Source of the DNA: Elusimicrobiota bacterium
Lineage (GTDB): Bacteria; Elusimicrobiota; Endomicrobiia; Endomicrobiales; Endomicrobiaceae
DNA: 64,000 nucleotides
NCBI GenBank assembly: GCA_017525905.1
Contig: JAFXSD010000007.1
Coordinates: 3,531-67,530 of the forward strand
Reading direction: 5' to 3'
Position 1 is the stretch's first letter; each line of letters begins with the position of its first letter. The notes below the pieces were generated by a model, which saw nothing but the letters and a program-made list of their open reading frames with translations, made no database searches and had not been told where the DNA came from. The translations under genes were made by a program, and so were the position numbers. Positions 54,418-64,000 of the stretch are shown here, piece after piece.

Positions 54418-56778
54418 ATGAAGATTTCATATAATTGGTTAAAAGAACTGGTAGATTTTGATATGGAGCCGCAAGACCTTTGCAAAATGCTCACATTTTT
54501 GGGCGTTGAAACAACGGTTGTCGGCGGCGGAACAAATTGGTCCGGAGTTATTACCGCAAAAGTTTTGGACAGGCAAAAACATCCTAATTCAGATCACCTT
54601 TCAATATGCAAAGTTAATGATGGGAAAAAAGATTATCAAATAGTTTGCGGTGCGCCTAATGTCGCAGCAGGCCAAACCGTACCGCTTGCTTTGATAGGTG
54701 CGGTGTTGCCGGGGAATTTTGTTATAAAAGCATCTAAAATCAGAGGTGTATCTTCCGAAGGTATGATATGTTCTAAAGAAGAGTTGGGATTGGAAGAAAG
54801 TTCCGATGGTATAATGGTGTTGGATGACAAAACACCTTTAGGCAAAAAACTTGAAGATGTATTGGAAAAACAAGACACGATTTTGGAAATAGAAATTACA
54901 ACCAACAGAGGCGATTGTTTAAGTCATTGGGGCGTTGCAAGAGAAATTGCCGCAAAATTACAAAAAATTCCTACATTGCCGACACTTAAAACAGCAAAAT
55001 ATACGGAAAAAAATTTGGTGGAAGTAAAAGACAAAGATTTGTGTACAAGATATATCGGTTGTCATATAACAGGTGTAAAAATTGCTCCGTCACCCAAATG
55101 GATGAAAGATAAACTTGAAAGTTGCGGAGTAAAATCAATTAACAATGTTGTAGATATTACCAACTATGTTATGTTGGAATTAGGTCAACCGTTACATGCT
55201 TTTGATGCTACCACATTGTCAGGCGGAAAAGTTGTAGTAAGAAGAGCAAACGACGGCGAAAAGTTGGCTACACTTGATGGCAAAACTCACGAGTTGGACA
55301 AAAATAATCTTGTCATAGCCGACGGTTCAAAGGCTCTTGCGATAGCAGGTGTTATCGGCGGACAAAGTTCTTCGATAACAGATGCAACTACGGAAGTGTT
55401 TTTGGAAGCTGCCGTATTTAATCCGGGAAGTGTTAGAAAAACGGCAAGGAAATTAAATATTTCTACGGATGCATCTTACAGATACGAAAGAGGAACATCT
55501 TGGGAAGTTGCCGAAATGGCAAGCTGGAGAGCATTAAATCTTATAACAGAACTTGCCGGCGGAAGACTTGAAACAAGAGAAGATTATAATAGCCCCGACA
55601 ATGAAAAAGTTATAATAAATTTAAGAGTGGAAAGAGTAGAAAAACTTTTAGGTTATGCTGTTGACGAAAAAACAATAGCAAATATCTTAAGGTTTTTAGG
55701 TATAGAGATAAGTTCAAAAGTAGAACATGTTCTTATAGCCGAAGTTCCTTCTTACAGAAATGATATTAAAGAAGAAGTTGACTTGATAGAAGAAATTGCA
55801 AGAGTTAACGGCTATGAAAAAATTCCTATGGATATAGATTCCGGTATAAGTTCAACGGAACAAAAAGGATTAAACAAATTAACGAAACAAATAACCAACT
55901 CTTTGGTTGGACTTGGTTTTTGCGAAGCAATGAATTACAGTTTTGCCGAAATAAAAGATTTGGACAAATTATATTTAAAATACACATACAAAATTGCAAA
56001 TCCTATATCAAAAGAAAACGAAGTTTTAAGACCTTCTTTGTTAACCGGTCTTATGAAAAATTTTGATTTTAATATAGGGCAGGCAACAACAGATATAAAA
56101 TTGTTTGAAGTAGGTAAAATATTTGACGATAAAGGTGAAAGAAGAGTTTTGGGAATTCTTATGTCAGGTCCTGTATGGCAACCGTGGTGGAAGTGGGAAT
56201 CATCAAAACAAAATCCTGTATTTGATTTCTATTTTGCAAGCGGAGTTATATCGAATATATTGCCTTCAAAAGAGTTTACGATAGCGGAAAACAGAACACC
56301 TGCGAAATATTATCATCCGGGAAAAACAGCCGCTATAGTTTATCACGGTAAAGTTGTAGGTCAGTTCGGTGTTTTAAGACCGGATGTTGCAGAAAGTACA
56401 AACGACGAAGTTATATATGCTGAAATTGAAATAGAAAATATAGAAAAGAATTATAAGAACAAAATTAATGCTTATGAACATGTAGCAAAGTTCCCTGCGG
56501 TAAAAAGAGATATTTCCGTTGTTGCGGATAAAACAATTAAGTTTGAAAAAATAGAAAAAATTATTAAACATGTGATGAAAGACGGCGGAATATTAAAAGA
56601 CTGGACATTGTTCTCGGTATATGAAAGCGAAAAGTTGGGTGCGGGGAAAATAAGTTATTCTTTTAGATTAACTTACAGACACAACGATAAAACTTTGAAC
56701 GATAACGAAGTAAACAAAGATATCGCAATTCTTTTGGAAAAGTGGAACAAAGATTTGGGAATATCTTTAAGAAACTAA
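54418..56778 (+). CDS. pheT: Phenylalanine--tRNA ligase beta subunit
   Basis: It has the canonical N-terminus MKISYNWLKELV behind a GGGGA Shine-Dalgarno. The listed TTG at 54346 would add 24 residues that lie inside the repeat element. tRNA-binding, B3/4, B5 and FDX-ACB regions are present. Confidence 0.93.
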   Translation: MKISYNWLKELVDFDMEPQDLCKMLTFLGVETTVVGGGTNWSGVITAKVLDRQKHPNSDHLSICKVNDGKKDYQIVCGAPNVAAGQTVPLALIGAVLPGNFVIKASKIRGVSSEGMICSKEELGLEESSDGIMVLDDKTPLGKKLEDVLEKQDTILEIEITTNRGDCLSHWGVAREIAAKLQKIPTLPTLKTAKYTEKNLVEVKDKDLCTRYIGCHITGVKIAPSPKWMKDKLESCGVKSINNVVDITNYVMLELGQPLHAFDATTLSGGKVVVRRANDGEKLATLDGKTHELDKNNLVIADGSKALAIAGVIGGQSSSITDATTEVFLEAAVFNPGSVRKTARKLNISTDASYRYERGTSWEVAEMASWRALNLITELAGGRLETREDYNSPDNEKVIINLRVERVEKLLGYAVDEKTIANILRFLGIEISSKVEHVLIAEVPSYRNDIKEEVDLIEEIARVNGYEKIPMDIDSGISSTEQKGLNKLTKQITNSLVGLGFCEAMNYSFAEIKDLDKLYLKYTYKIANPISKENEVLRPSLLTGLMKNFDFNIGQATTDIKLFEVGKIFDDKGERRVLGILMSGPVWQPWWKWESSKQNPVFDFYFASGVISNILPSKEFTIAENRTPAKYYHPGKTAAIVYHGKVVGQFGVLRPDVAESTNDEVIYAEIEIENIEKNYKNKINAYEHVAKFPAVKRDISVVADKTIKFEKIEKIIKHVMKDGGILKDWTLFSVYESEKLGAGKISYSFRLTYRHNDKTLNDNEVNKDIAILLEKWNKDLGISLRN

Positions 56779-56865
56779 AATTTTTGTATTTTTATAATCC
56801 TATAGTCAGCGAAAGAGTGGACTTTCTGTTGACTATGAGCCCAAAATTATATAAAATACAAATTT
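56779..56865. repeat. About 87-nt nested imperfect palindrome between pheT and rplM
   Basis: The outer arms are AATTTTTGTATTTTTATAAT / ATTATATAAAATACAAATTT. The middle arms are CCTATAGTCAGC / GTTGACTATGAG. The central hairpin is GAAAG-AGTGGA-CTTTC. Confidence 0.75.
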
Positions 56866-56894
56866 AATATACTAAATAGGTAGGTTCGACTAAA

Positions 56895-57323
56895 ATGAAA
56901 AACGGTAAGACTTATCTTCCTAAAGCGGAAGAAATAAAAAGAAAATGGCATTTTATAGATGCTGACGGTCAAGTATTAGGTAGGTTGGCGGTAAGAGTAG
57001 CAGCTTTATTAAGAGGAAAAAGAAAAGCAATTTATACATCACATATAGATTGTGGAGACTTTGTTGTATTAACAAATGTTTCAAAAATTGTTCTTACAGG
57101 TAAAAAACTTGAACAAAAAACAGCTTTTTCTTTCTCGGGTTATCCCGGTGGAGCAAAATTAACTCCTTATTCAAAATTAATGGCAGAAAATCCTGAAAAG
57201 GCAGTAAGAATTGCAGTTAAAGGAATGTTGCCGCAAAATAAATTAGCTGATAAACAAATGAAAAGATTAAAACTTTTCAAAGGTGCAGAACATACTCACC
57301 AAGCACAAGCAGTTACAAAATAA
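56895..57323 (+). CDS. rplM: 50S ribosomal protein L13
   Basis: It has KWHFIDADGQVLGRLA...GDFVVLTN and is 142 aa long. Confidence 0.95.
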   Translation: MKNGKTYLPKAEEIKRKWHFIDADGQVLGRLAVRVAALLRGKRKAIYTSHIDCGDFVVLTNVSKIVLTGKKLEQKTAFSFSGYPGGAKLTPYSKLMAENPEKAVRIAVKGMLPQNKLADKQMKRLKLFKGAEHTHQAQAVTK

Positions 57324-57339
57324 GGAGAAATAAAATAAT

Positions 57340-57735
57340 ATGAATAATACAGGTTATTTAAAAGCAGGAAGAAGAAAAAATGCAGTTGCAAGAGTAAGAA
57401 TGTCTGAAGGTACAGGAAAAATCGTTATAAACGATAAATCTGTTGAAGAATATTTTAAAGGTTTACAGAGAAATACAAAAGTTGCTTTAAAACCTATTGA
57501 AGTATGGTCCGGTTCAAAAAAATATGATATTTATGTGAAAGTTAACGGCGGCGGAGTTTCCGGACAAGCCGGTGCAGTCAGCCATGCAATAGCAAGAGCA
57601 ATTTTAACCATAGACGAATCTATGAAAGATACATTGAGAAAAGAAGGTCTTTTAACAAGAGATCCAAGAATGGTGGAAAGAAAGAAACCCGGAAGACCAA
57701 AAGCAAGAAAGAGATTCCAATTCTCAAAGAGATAA
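57340..57735 (+). CDS. rpsI: 30S ribosomal protein S9
   Basis: It has GRRKNAVARV...GGGVSGQAGA...RDPRMVERKKPGRPKARKRFQFSKR. Confidence 0.95.
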   Translation: MNNTGYLKAGRRKNAVARVRMSEGTGKIVINDKSVEEYFKGLQRNTKVALKPIEVWSGSKKYDIYVKVNGGGVSGQAGAVSHAIARAILTIDESMKDTLRKEGLLTRDPRMVERKKPGRPKARKRFQFSKR

Positions 57736-57754
57736 TACTTACTGCAATATATAC

Positions 57755-57790
57755 AAAAAAGAAGGAGCCAAAAACTCCTTCTTTTTTTTG
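57755..57790 (+). terminator. Intrinsic terminator of rplM-rpsI
   Basis: The 9-bp stem AAGAAGGAG/CTCCTTCTT is followed by a T-run. Confidence 0.85.
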
Positions 57791-57801
57791 TTCTCATAAA
57801 A

Positions 57802-57836
57802 TAAAAAAGCAGGAAGAAAAGTCTTCCTGCTTTTTG
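57802..57836 (-). terminator. Intrinsic terminator of gdhA
   Basis: The 9-bp stem AGCAGGAAG/CTTCCTGCT has a 6-nt loop. The A6 on the plus strand gives a T-run on the minus strand. Confidence 0.8.
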
Positions 57837-57882
57837 TTATTTGATTTGGGATTATCTGAAATTACTTTCTTTCCAAATATAA

Positions 57883-59250
<1,368 letters not shown>

Positions 59251-59516
59251 TTACACAAAAAAATGAATAATTCATCATTTACTGCTTTATGAAAGCGTCC
59301 TTGCTTTCGTGAATTATTCAGTTTTCTATTAAAATCATATATAGTTGTGTTGGGAAGTATTTTACATTTTTGTTTTTTTGTTTGTCAATATTTTTTTTAA
59401 TATATGTTGTTTTATGTTATTTTGTAATTTCAATACTGTCTTTTTTGTTTGACAATAACTTCTAAAAAGTGATAATATAAAACATACTATATTTTAATAA
59501 AGAAGAGGTTTTTATT

Positions 59517-60230
59517 TTGTTTAAAAAATTTGTATTGGCTGTTGCCGTTATTTTGGGTGTTTGCATATATTCAAATAATGTTTATGCTGCAAATATTACT
59601 TATCTTGTAGATACTCCCACATATTCAATATTGGATTACGGAAGTTACGATATTCAGTTTAGAGTGTTTTCCGGAGGCGGAGTTCTTACAAAATTAAATG
59701 TGGGAATTTTTAAGGTTTTAAATATCGGTGTTTCTTGGGAATTGGGAGGCCTTATAGGTGCGGATGATGTTACCGTTGCCTTACCGGCATTGCAGGTAAA
59801 GTTGAATGTTTATTCCGGAAGCGAAAAATTGCCCGGCTTTGCAATTGGTTATGACGGACAAGGTTTTTTCTATAACAAGGATGATGAAGATTTCATTCAA
59901 AAAGGTAAGGGTGCATACATTGTATTCGGCAAAGAGTTATTTTTTCCCAGATTGGATTTTAATGCGGGTATAAATGTGAACGATTTTAAAGATCCGAGAC
60001 TTTTAGGATTTGTAAGTACTCATTATGAAATAATTGAAGAAGCTCTTATGGTGATGCTTGAATATGATAATCTCGGACAAGGTAAAGATGCAAGATTGAA
60101 CGGCGGTTTTAGAGTGTGGATAACCGAAAATTTTGATTTGGATTTTATACTTAGAAATTTTACAACAACCGATAAAGAAAAAAACGGTTGTGAAAGAATT
60201 TTAAAAATCAGTTATCAGAGCAGATTTTAA
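59517..60230 (+). CDS. Putative outer-membrane beta-barrel protein
   Basis: It starts at a TTG behind a GAAGAGG Shine-Dalgarno. It has the signal peptide [19 protein letters not shown], alternating strands and a C-terminal ...ISYQSRF. Confidence 0.5.
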   Translation: MFKKFVLAVAVILGVCIYSNNVYAANITYLVDTPTYSILDYGSYDIQFRVFSGGGVLTKLNVGIFKVLNIGVSWELGGLIGADDVTVALPALQVKLNVYSGSEKLPGFAIGYDGQGFFYNKDDEDFIQKGKGAYIVFGKELFFPRLDFNAGINVNDFKDPRLLGFVSTHYEIIEEALMVMLEYDNLGQGKDARLNGGFRVWITENFDLDFILRNFTTTDKEKNGCERILKISYQSRF

Positions 60231-60241
60231 GAGGAATTTTA

Positions 60242-61264
60242 ATGAGCGAATTTTTGTTGGATTTTGAAAAACCGGTAGTGGAACTTGAAAAGAAAATTTT
60301 AAGTTTAAAAGTTTCCGCGGAACACAGTAAAATAGATTTTTCAAGTGAAATTTCCGAACTTGAAGAAAAGAAAGAAAAACTGAAAAAAGAAATATATGGT
60401 TCGCTTTCGTCTTGGCAAAAAGTTATGCTTGCAAGACATCCGAACAGACCGTATACTCTTGATTATGTAAAAATCATATGTGAAAATTTTGTTGAGTTGC
60501 ACGGTGACAGAGCTTTCGGGGACGATCCGGCTCTTGTTTGCGGTCTTGCCACAATAGACAATAATCCTGTTGTTGTAATAGGCCACCAAAAAGGAAGAAC
60601 AATTCAGGAAAATATCGACAGAAATTTCGGTATGGCTCATCCGGAAGGATACAGAAAAGCTTTAAGACTTATGAAAATGGCTGAAAAATTTAACAGACCT
60701 ATAATAACTTTTATAGATACGGCCGGTGCATATCCAGGAATTGCGGCTGAAGAAAGAGGACAGGCTGAAGCAATAGCAAGAAATTTAAGAGAAATGTCTT
60801 ATTTGGATGTTCCGGTAGTAAGTATTGTTATAGGAGAAGGCGGATCGGGCGGTGCAATAGGTATAGGTGTTGCTAACAGAGTTGCAATGCTTGAAAACGC
60901 ATATTATTCGGTTATATCTCCGGAAGGATGTGCGGCAATATTATTCAGAGATGCATCGAAATCCAAAGAAGCAACCGAAGCACTGAAAATTACCGCAAAA
61001 GATTTATTGAAGAACGGTGTTATAGATGAAATAATAAAAGAGCCTGTCGGCGGAGCACATGTTGATGCTGTAGAAACCGCAATGAATATAAAGAGATTCA
61101 TAAATAAATCTCTTGCAAGTTTATCGAAAATGTCGAAGCAGGAACTTGCCGATGACAGATATATGAAGTTTAGAAAGATAGGCGTTTTTGAAGAACAAAC
61201 AACTAAACAAAAAAAAGGTTCTAAGAAGAAAAAAACTAATACAACAAAATCTAGGAGGAAGTAA
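60242..61264 (+). CDS. accA: Acetyl-CoA carboxylase carboxyltransferase alpha subunit with a Lys-rich C-terminal tail
   Basis: It has [43 protein letters not shown] and [10 protein letters not shown]. Confidence 0.93.
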   Translation: MSEFLLDFEKPVVELEKKILSLKVSAEHSKIDFSSEISELEEKKEKLKKEIYGSLSSWQKVMLARHPNRPYTLDYVKIICENFVELHGDRAFGDDPALVCGLATIDNNPVVVIGHQKGRTIQENIDRNFGMAHPEGYRKALRLMKMAEKFNRPIITFIDTAGAYPGIAAEERGQAEAIARNLREMSYLDVPVVSIVIGEGGSGGAIGIGVANRVAMLENAYYSVISPEGCAAILFRDASKSKEATEALKITAKDLLKNGVIDEIIKEPVGGAHVDAVETAMNIKRFINKSLASLSKMSKQELADDRYMKFRKIGVFEEQTTKQKKGSKKKKTNTTKSRRK

Positions 61265-61266
61265 AA

Positions 61267-62259
61267 ATGGCATTAGTACCAATGAAGCAAATTTTGGAAG
61301 AAGCAAAGAAAAAAGGGTATGGCGTTGGAGCTTATAATGTAAACAACATGGAACAAATCCAAGCTATTATGGCTGCAGCACAAGAAACACAATCACCTGT
61401 AATTATTCAGGCAAGCAGAGGAGCTTTAAAATATTCCAATTTTACATATTTAGGATATTTGATGAAAGCTGCTGTTATAGAAAATCCTACAATTCCTGTT
61501 GCAATGCATTTGGATCACGGAAATTCTTTGGACAGTGCAAAGAAAGCTATCGATTTAGGCTTTTCTTCCGTTATGATAGACGGTTCATTAAAAGAAGACG
61601 GTAAAACACCTTCAGATTATGAATATAATGTTAATGTAACAAGATCAGTTGTTGAATATGCTCACAAATACGGTGTTACCGTAGAAGCTGAAATCGGAAG
61701 ATTAGGCGGAATTGAAGACGGAGTTGGTTCAGGTTCCGCACATATTACCGATCCTCAGGAAGCATTACAGTTTGTAAAAGATACCGGAGTAGATGCTTTG
61801 GCAATTGCTATCGGAACATCTCACGGTGCATATAAATTTAAAGGTGCTAAAGTTTTAGCATTTGATGTTTTACAGGAAGTTAGAAAACTTATCGATATTC
61901 CTATAGTTCTTCACGGAGCATCATCTGTTCCTAAAGAATTAATAGATGCAGTAAACAAATATGGCGGAAAAATGCCCGGTGCAGAAGGTGTACCTATGGA
62001 ACACTTACAGAAAGCAATTAAGTTGGGTGTTCAAAAAATCAATGTTGATACCGATGGAAGACTTGCAATGACAGCTACAATAAGAAAAGTATTCACGGAA
62101 TCTCCTGAAAAATTCGATCCGAGAGATTATTTAGGCCCTGCAAGAACAGCATTGCAAGGTTTAATCGCAAGCAAAATGAAAGCTTTCGGTACGGCAGGAC
62201 ATGCAAGTGACTATGCTCCTTTAACATTGGAAGATATGAAAAAAGAGTACAGTAAATAA
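61267..62259 (+). CDS. fba: Class II fructose-1,6-bisphosphate aldolase
   Basis: It has GAYNVNNMEQ, HLDHG, GTSHGAYKF, LHGASSVP and NVDTD. Confidence 0.92.
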   Translation: MALVPMKQILEEAKKKGYGVGAYNVNNMEQIQAIMAAAQETQSPVIIQASRGALKYSNFTYLGYLMKAAVIENPTIPVAMHLDHGNSLDSAKKAIDLGFSSVMIDGSLKEDGKTPSDYEYNVNVTRSVVEYAHKYGVTVEAEIGRLGGIEDGVGSGSAHITDPQEALQFVKDTGVDALAIAIGTSHGAYKFKGAKVLAFDVLQEVRKLIDIPIVLHGASSVPKELIDAVNKYGGKMPGAEGVPMEHLQKAIKLGVQKINVDTDGRLAMTATIRKVFTESPEKFDPRDYLGPARTALQGLIASKMKAFGTAGHASDYAPLTLEDMKKEYSK

Positions 62260-62352
62260 TAAAAGTTGTTGACAATGAAAAAATTGTCTGTTATAATTAT
62301 TCCATAAGCGCACAAAGTTTTGTATATATAAAAAAAAGGGGGATTTTCAGTT

Positions 62353-62640
62353 ATGGCAAATTATGAAGTTAAAAAAGTAGGAATTGCATCTGTAGTGAAG
62401 AATTTTCCGATAGTGTTTGCGATACTTGGAGCATTGATCGGAATATTTACATTCTTTATTTTCCCTACAGACTTGGCAGCAAACTTAGGTTTTGGTGCAA
62501 GATTGCTTTCTTGGTTGATTTTCATCGTTCTTTATACTGTTATAATGTCGGTAGGTGTAATAGTTGTTGCATGGATTTACAACTTTATCACAGGTAAAGT
62601 TGGCGGTGCAGTTATCGAATTAGATCAAACTGCAGAATAA
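62353..62640 (+). CDS. Small membrane protein (two TM helices), hypothetical
   Basis: It has two hydrophobic helices and lies behind a GGGGGA Shine-Dalgarno. I recognise no family. Confidence 0.5.
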   Translation: MANYEVKKVGIASVVKNFPIVFAILGALIGIFTFFIFPTDLAANLGFGARLLSWLIFIVLYTVIMSVGVIVVAWIYNFITGKVGGAVIELDQTAE

Positions 62641-62655
62641 TTCTTTACATAATGA

Positions 62656-62698
62656 AGATAGTTTACCGTAATTTCATATTATGGTAAACTATCTTTTA
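62656..62698 (+). terminator. Intrinsic terminator
   Basis: The perfect 12-bp stem AGATAGTTTACC/GGTAAACTATCT is followed by TTTT. Confidence 0.8.
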
Positions 62699-62722
62699 AC
62701 TTTTCTTTAAGAAGGGTATTTA

Positions 62723-64000
62723 ATGAATCTTAGAGCAAAGCTTACCCTGTTTGTATCTTTTCTTTTACTGTTAGTTATCGTAGTTGTATCATATAATATT
62801 TTCGTTACACAAAAAAAAATCTTAACACAACAAATATCGGAAACCAGAAGCAGAGCTTTTAAAAGTTTTGTTTCTATGTGCAATGAAGCCATAAAAGTCA
62901 GGGACGATATTCAAGTAAATAATGCCGTAAAATTGCTGGTGTCAACATATAAACCGTCGGTAGTGTATGCAGGATATATAAATTTAAATAATGCCGTTAT
63001 GTATGCTTCAAGAGACGAAGACAGGAATATGGATTCGGTTCTTAAAGCCAGAATAAAAAAGGCAAGTAAAGATTACATAGAAATATATTCTTCTCTTACC
63101 GGAGAACAAATTTGTGAATTTGCGACTCCTTTTTTCTTCCAAGGAGAAAATGTAGGTACTTTTGTCGTGGGCTTTTCTCAGGATAAGATGAAGGAACAAA
63201 TAGATGAAAGCATTTCAATAATGTTATCCAAAATAAAAGTTATAGTTATAGTTACTTTTATTTTCGGAGTTTTGTTGGTATATTTCCTGGGTTATTCTTT
63301 CGTTAAGCCAATAAAAATTCTTACTGTTGCCGCAGAAGAAATAACCAAAGGAAATCTTGATGTGGAAATTAAAGTTAACAGAAAGGATGAAATAGGAATA
63401 CTTTCCAACACTTTTAATAATATGACAAAACAAATTAAGGAACTTGATACAATGAAAGACAGTTTCGTATCAAGTGTTTCTCATGAGTTGAGATCTCCTC
63501 TTTCTGCAATAGACGGATATTGCGATTTGTTAATAGAGTATGTAAATAAAGATTATTCCAAAGAACAACAATTAAAGGGACTTCAAATAATAAAGCAGGC
63601 AACGGTTCGTTTAACAAACTTTATAAATAACATTCTTGATTTGGCAAAAATGAAAGCAAACAAACTTGAAATTAAAAAAACGGATGCCGATATAACTGCC
63701 GTAATAGAAGAAATAGTTTCTTTATACGAACCTTTGGCCGCACAACAGAAAAAAAGAATTTATTCCGAGATAAAAGAAGAAATACCTTTTATAAATATGG
63801 ATATTGAAAGAATAAAACAAGTTGTAACTAATCTTGTAAGTAATGCAATGAAATTTACAAAAGAAAACGGTAATGTGGTACTGAAAGCTTTTCCTAATTC
63901 CGAAGGTTACGGAAATGATTATATTGAGGTGTGGGTTCAAGATGATGGTGTAGGTATTCCGAAACAGCAGGTGGATTTGGTGTTCCAAAAATTTTATCAA
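62723..64000 (+). CDS. Sensor histidine kinase (TM-sensor-TM-HAMP-HisKA-HATPase), with its 3' end outside the window
   Basis: The ORF is not in the track because it runs off the edge. I translated it by hand and found no stop. It has two TM helices, a HAMP segment (KPIKILTVAAEEITKGNLD), the H-box SHELRSPLSAI, the N-box NLVSNAMKFT and the G1 motif DDGVGIP. Confidence 0.85.
   Translation, partial: MNLRAKLTLFVSFLLLLVIVVVSYNIFVTQKKILTQQISETRSRAFKSFVSMCNEAIKVRDDIQVNNAVKLLVSTYKPSVVYAGYINLNNAVMYASRDEDRNMDSVLKARIKKASKDYIEIYSSLTGEQICEFATPFFFQGENVGTFVVGFSQDKMKEQIDESISIMLSKIKVIVIVTFIFGVLLVYFLGYSFVKPIKILTVAAEEITKGNLDVEIKVNRKDEIGILSNTFNNMTKQIKELDTMKDSFVSSVSHELRSPLSAIDGYCDLLIEYVNKDYSKEQQLKGLQIIKQATVRLTNFINNILDLAKMKANKLEIKKTDADITAVIEEIVSLYEPLAAQQKKRIYSEIKEEIPFINMDIERIKQVVTNLVSNAMKFTKENGNVVLKAFPNSEGYGNDYIEVWVQDDGVGIPKQQVDLVFQKFYQ

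Noticed and set aside
62707-64000. Minus-strand ORFs 62707-62892, 63008-63199, 63224-63433, 63435-63617 and 63722-64000
   Set aside because: All are antisense to a continuous plus-strand histidine-kinase reading frame with clear HAMP, H-box, N-box and G1 motifs.

Overview
This is a 64-kb chromosomal segment from an AT-rich bacterium using the standard code (TGA, TAA and TAG all act as stops). The bacterium looks diderm, because TolC, SurA-like, AsmA-like and beta-barrel proteins are present. I cannot assign a lineage from the sequence alone. Most of the window is housekeeping: two tandem Aas-like acyltransferase/ANL genes, typA, queF, feoB, a dcw block (murC-murB-ddl-ftsQ-ftsA-ftsZ-pgeF), tRNA-Phe, trpB2, a short pyk, a ZIP transporter, an AsmA-like giant, tolC-macA-macB-spy, patatin-rlmN-htpX, two PPIases plus pdxA, infC-rpmI-rplT, trkH-trkA, pheS-pheT, rplM-rpsI, gdhA, accA, fba, and a partial histidine kinase at the 3' edge. 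The main accessory region is a very AT-rich four-gene block at about 11.3-18.0 kb. It encodes an ABC-ATPase fused to a Toprim/DUF4435-like domain (OLD/GajA/PARIS-like), an alpha-class SPPY DNA methyltransferase, a 688-aa uncharacterised protein, and a PD-(D/E)XK restriction endonuclease that looks TdeIII-like. The 688-aa protein has a PIN-like DTN core, a coiled coil and two C-terminal TM helices, and its gene is translationally coupled between the methyltransferase and endonuclease genes. I regard this block as the best candidate for an undescribed defence configuration. An orphan bioG-like esterase and a Vat-type acetyltransferase follow it. Other points of interest:
- several families of intergenic repeats: long imperfect palindromes, tandem AATKTAY heptamers in inverted pairs, and a GAGGAATAGAAGTATAG motif
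- a likely catalytically dead ANL domain in the first Aas paralogue
- a pyruvate kinase lacking its C-terminal domain
- a 24-codon remnant of a GT2 glycosyltransferase
- an ATT-initiated infC behind a near-consensus promoter and an attenuator-like hairpin
I saw no rRNA, CRISPR array, transposase or integrase. All calls rest on reading motifs by eye, and no database search was run.
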